NCBI GenBank assembly: GCA_002269645.1
Contig: NIVC01001749.1
Location: 1-64,000, forward strand
Direction of reading: 5' to 3'
Source: Macrostomum lignano
Lineage: Eukaryota
DNA length: 64,000 nt
Shown here: positions 61,841 to 64,000 of the stretch, one piece after another
Position numbering within the stretch: position 1 is the first letter of the stretch
How the letters are laid out: every line of letters begins with the position of its first letter
Notes under the pieces: generated by a model
What the model was told of the DNA's origin: nothing
The model's input: only the letters and a program-made list of their open reading frames with translations
Database searches by the model: none
Translations under genes and position numbers: made by a program

Positions 61841-63049
61841 TGAGGTTCCAGATATACGAATAGCCAGGATGTGTTTAGTCTAGATGCATATTTAATGGCT
61901 TTAAAAATTCTCGCTAACTGTTCAAATATAACTAAGACAGCAGTTGTCAATTTAAAAAAAAATGTATAGAGCAAAGCAAACACAAATTTGAAGCAGACGA
62001 AAAAGCGTACATCCACCTACATAGCATATAACTTGCTGGGTAACATCAGCTAATGCGAAAGACACAGACAACAATTTGCGTGCAGCGCTTCCAACCAATT
62101 AACCTCTATAGCTGGTTAGTAATTCCTTTAATAAAGTCGTAAGGAATAAAAGCTCTGGTAGCAATGGAAGCTTAAAATGATTTTTAACTGAAATACAACT
62201 TTGCTATTATAGGTCTAGAAGCATACAAGCTCACCAATACTGTACGCAGGCACGCACTCATACTCCAAACTCTAGTCGAAAATTCACGCGTGAAACATAG
62301 TATTCCCCATGTTCAATTAGATATTTATTAAAATTTTGGCTACAATTGTACACAATTCAACACAATATGAATTAGTAATAACAAAACTAAACATATACGA
62401 CAATATATAAATAAACATTATAACCACCTGATGCAATGGAGCACACATCTGCAATAGAGATAGGCGTACAATAAGAATAAAGAGGATTAAGTTAACGGCT
62501 TAAGATACGCGGGTGTTAAATGCTTAGTGAAAATATGCAAATAGAAAATATAATTTTACCCAAACTAGACAAGCTGCAGTCACCTTGGCCATTATTACTG
62601 TTTAAATCAACTATAAAACTAGTAGATAATAACTGCACCGAGTCTATTGCAATCATTTGGCTTACCACAATGGGCACGGGCACGCCACCCGGTTGCATTG
62701 CCTGATAGTACATAGCAGGCGCAGGATTCACTGGATTGCCACTAGAAGCATAGGATTGCGCTGGCAAATTATTTGGCAAATTGGCATTAGCTCCTTGCTG
62801 CTGATGATGCTGATGGTTTCCATGGTGCTGCATTCTGTGACCATTGCCTCGGTAATTGTTATTGTAGCTTGGCCTGCCACCCCGGTTACCGCCGTGATTA
62901 TAGCCGCCATTGTAGGCCTATGGGATTAAAGAGAGATTTAAAAGATATTTAAGTCATCGAACATCATTATACATGCTATATTATTAGCAGTATTATCATA
63001 ATAAAACTCAATATTATTAACTTACAACATTTGCTTGTCCATGATCCAT
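51078..63049 (-). CDS. EIF4G: Eukaryotic translation initiation factor 4 gamma
   Basis: Exons 63049-63026, 62917-62666, (62448-62428), 61480-60284, 59320-58892, 57771-57712, 56626-56391, 55668-54898, 54043-53513, 52367-~51661, 51284-51078. PABP-site-like KKILTFIDPRT; eIF4E motif YDRDFLL; MIF4G (IRSILNKVTPQNF, RSLLLKKCQLMFE, GNIRFIGELY, KVRFKLIDVVEMR); MA3 (LMENAEDMQSDFP); W2 (VFLDNRLVSEESFKNW). All junctions are in phase except the last. Confidence 0.92.
51320..51646. repeat. ~36-bp minisatellite with variable G run (last eIF4G intron)
   Basis: GGGGGCAGCGGCTGTCACTGAACTGAAGGGGCCTC. Confidence 0.92.
52546..52708 (-). ncRNA. Candidate H/ACA-like RNA A (copy 1; identical copy at 54462-54624)
   Basis: On the host sense strand: hairpin, ANANNA-type hinge (AGATAA/AAACAA), long 3' domain closed by AGCTCTC/GGGAGCT, then ACA plus 3 nt. 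Confidence 0.45.
52734..52910 (-). ncRNA. Candidate H/ACA-like RNA B (copy 1; near-identical copy at 54650-54826)
   Basis: Long 5' hairpin (GGTTCGGT/GGCTGAGCC and GCTTTTCCC/GGGAAAGGC); 3' domain paralogous to RNA A (CCTAAA/TTTAGG stem); ends in ACA-TAT. The H box is imperfect. Confidence 0.4.
54397..54856 (-). repeat. ~460-bp intronic cassette, copy 2
   Basis: Direct repeat of 52481-52940. Confidence 0.95.
55720..55918. repeat. (AGT)n microsatellite
   Basis: Direct inspection. Confidence 0.95.
56638..56935. repeat. 16-bp minisatellite GAGGTTTGTGAAGGTT
   Basis: Direct inspection; abuts the 56627 acceptor. Confidence 0.93.
58373..58473 (-). ncRNA. Box C/D snoRNA, snR38/SNORD1-like (guide for 28S Gm equivalent to yeast G2815)
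   Basis: Terminal stem AACAAAACA/TGTTTTGTT; C box ATGATGA (58464-58458); guide GTTATCCCTGT followed by D' variant CTTA; D box CTGA (58386-58383). The guide is complementary to the conserved 28S sequence ACAGGGAUAAC. Confidence 0.85.
58518..58817 (+). repeat. 28-bp minisatellite family, locus 3
   Basis: Same unit and orientation as 34860-35700. Confidence 0.93.
59424..59483 (-). ncRNA. Box C/D snoRNA candidate 1 (60 nt)
   Basis: GGC-a-ATGATGA-tatccgcagt-CTGA-tatgcac-ATGAGA-ttcagaaacgcta-CTGA-GCC layout: C, D', C'-like and D boxes with a GGC/GCC stem. Confidence 0.75.
59548..59612 (-). ncRNA. Box C/D snoRNA candidate 2 (65 nt)
   Basis: GGCT-ATGATGA-cacatgcgat-CGGA-...-ATGATGA-atcagaaacgcta-CTGA-GCC; shares the 12-nt D guide TCAGAAACGCTA with candidate 1. 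Confidence 0.78.
59700..60170. repeat. 21-bp minisatellite AAGTGGCACAGCTAGCACATG
   Basis: Direct inspection. Confidence 0.94.
61636..61840. repeat. (GATA)n(GACA)n compound microsatellite
   Basis: Direct inspection. Confidence 0.95.
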
Positions 63050-63757
63050 TGTTCCTGGTGCATTAATATTTCCTAGAGAATAATAATAATAGATTGGTAT
63101 TAATCAAATAAATCACACTAACGATGCATGTGCAACTGAGACAAGCTGACTCACCTTGAAATCCAGATGAAAAACTAGATTGAAATAACAGAGAAGGTTA
63201 AGGAAAATTTTCCATTTTAATTGAACAAAATGTTAACATATCAATTCATTCCAATTAACAGATGTTGTTCTGCCACAGTTACAACTGACTATGTACATGA
63301 TGGTACCCACAGTAAAATGCATACTTATAGTAGCTGCAAATATACCTAAACTGTAAATGTTATGACTAAAAGTATCAAAACACATGGACTTAGAAAATAG
63401 AATGTAGCAAGTATTACTAAAAAGAGGCAAAGTTGAGGAAAAATAATGAGGATTATTGAAAGTTATTTAATAAAATAACAGAATTCAGAAAGGTAACAAT
63501 ATCATTAGCATTTTGTTAAAACTAAGTTTCCACAACCAATGTAGGTAAATCAGAGAGGCTACTAAAAATAGAAATATTGTTTAAAGATGAGTATATTATC
63601 ATTGTATTGAAGAATTTAAAGGATTAGTAAAGCTACAGGACTAAATGAAATAGAAAAGAAATTAAAGTTCTCATGGAAAAATTCAGCATTTTTGTAAAAT
63701 TGTTCATTATCTAAATAGTCTATAAGGATAGCAACCTAGTTTTGTGAAGGAAAATAT

Positions 63758-64000
63758 AAGGCCAGTCTATGTTGGATACCTTTGTGAGTTGGTTCCTAAT
63801 TGGGGCAAAGCTAACCCATTAAAAAGTAGATACACTGCTATTAGGCCAGTCTATGTTGGATACCTTTGTGAGTTGGTTCCTAATTGGGGCAAAGCTAACC
63901 CATTAAAAAGTAGATACACTACTATTAGGCCAGTCTATGTTGGATGCCTTTGTGAGTTGGTTCCTAATTGGGGCAAAGCTAACCCATTAAAAAGTAGATA
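63758..64000. repeat. 84-bp tandem repeat, ~3 copies, truncated by the window end
   Basis: GCCAGTCTATG recurs at 63761, 63845, 63929. Confidence 0.92.

Overview
Eukaryotic (animal) genomic DNA. GC-rich, polyQ/polyS-rich exons are separated by introns filled with local minisatellites; by inference this fits a free-living flatworm such as Macrostomum, but that is not provable from the window. Six spliced protein-coding genes can be reconstructed with phase-consistent GT-AG junctions: (1) 3' part of a KY/hillarin-like Ig-repeat protein with an ER/K helix (+, 1-11532), whose first intron holds a degenerate antisense DIRS/Ngaro tyrosine-recombinase retrotransposon; (2) a two-exon 82-aa Cys-rich plus His-rich metallothionein-like gene (-, 13724-14540); (3) RAPGEF1/C3G-like RasGEF (-, 17127-31535); (4) BTB-BACK-PHR protein (+, 40013-43766); (5) CDK11 (+, 45852-48922); (6) eIF4G (-, 51078-63049). 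One eIF4G junction (the last) is unresolved. The eIF4G introns host small RNAs: a snR38/SNORD1-like C/D snoRNA, a tandem pair of C/D snoRNAs with an unassigned guide, and a ~460-nt cassette of two paralogous H/ACA-like RNAs copied almost exactly into two consecutive introns. Also present: tRNA-derived SINEs and Pol III modules, an RTE-like RT fragment, about 30 tandem arrays (one 28-bp family at three loci) and kilobase-scale CpG-free tracts. All analysis was by eye; no database searches were run.
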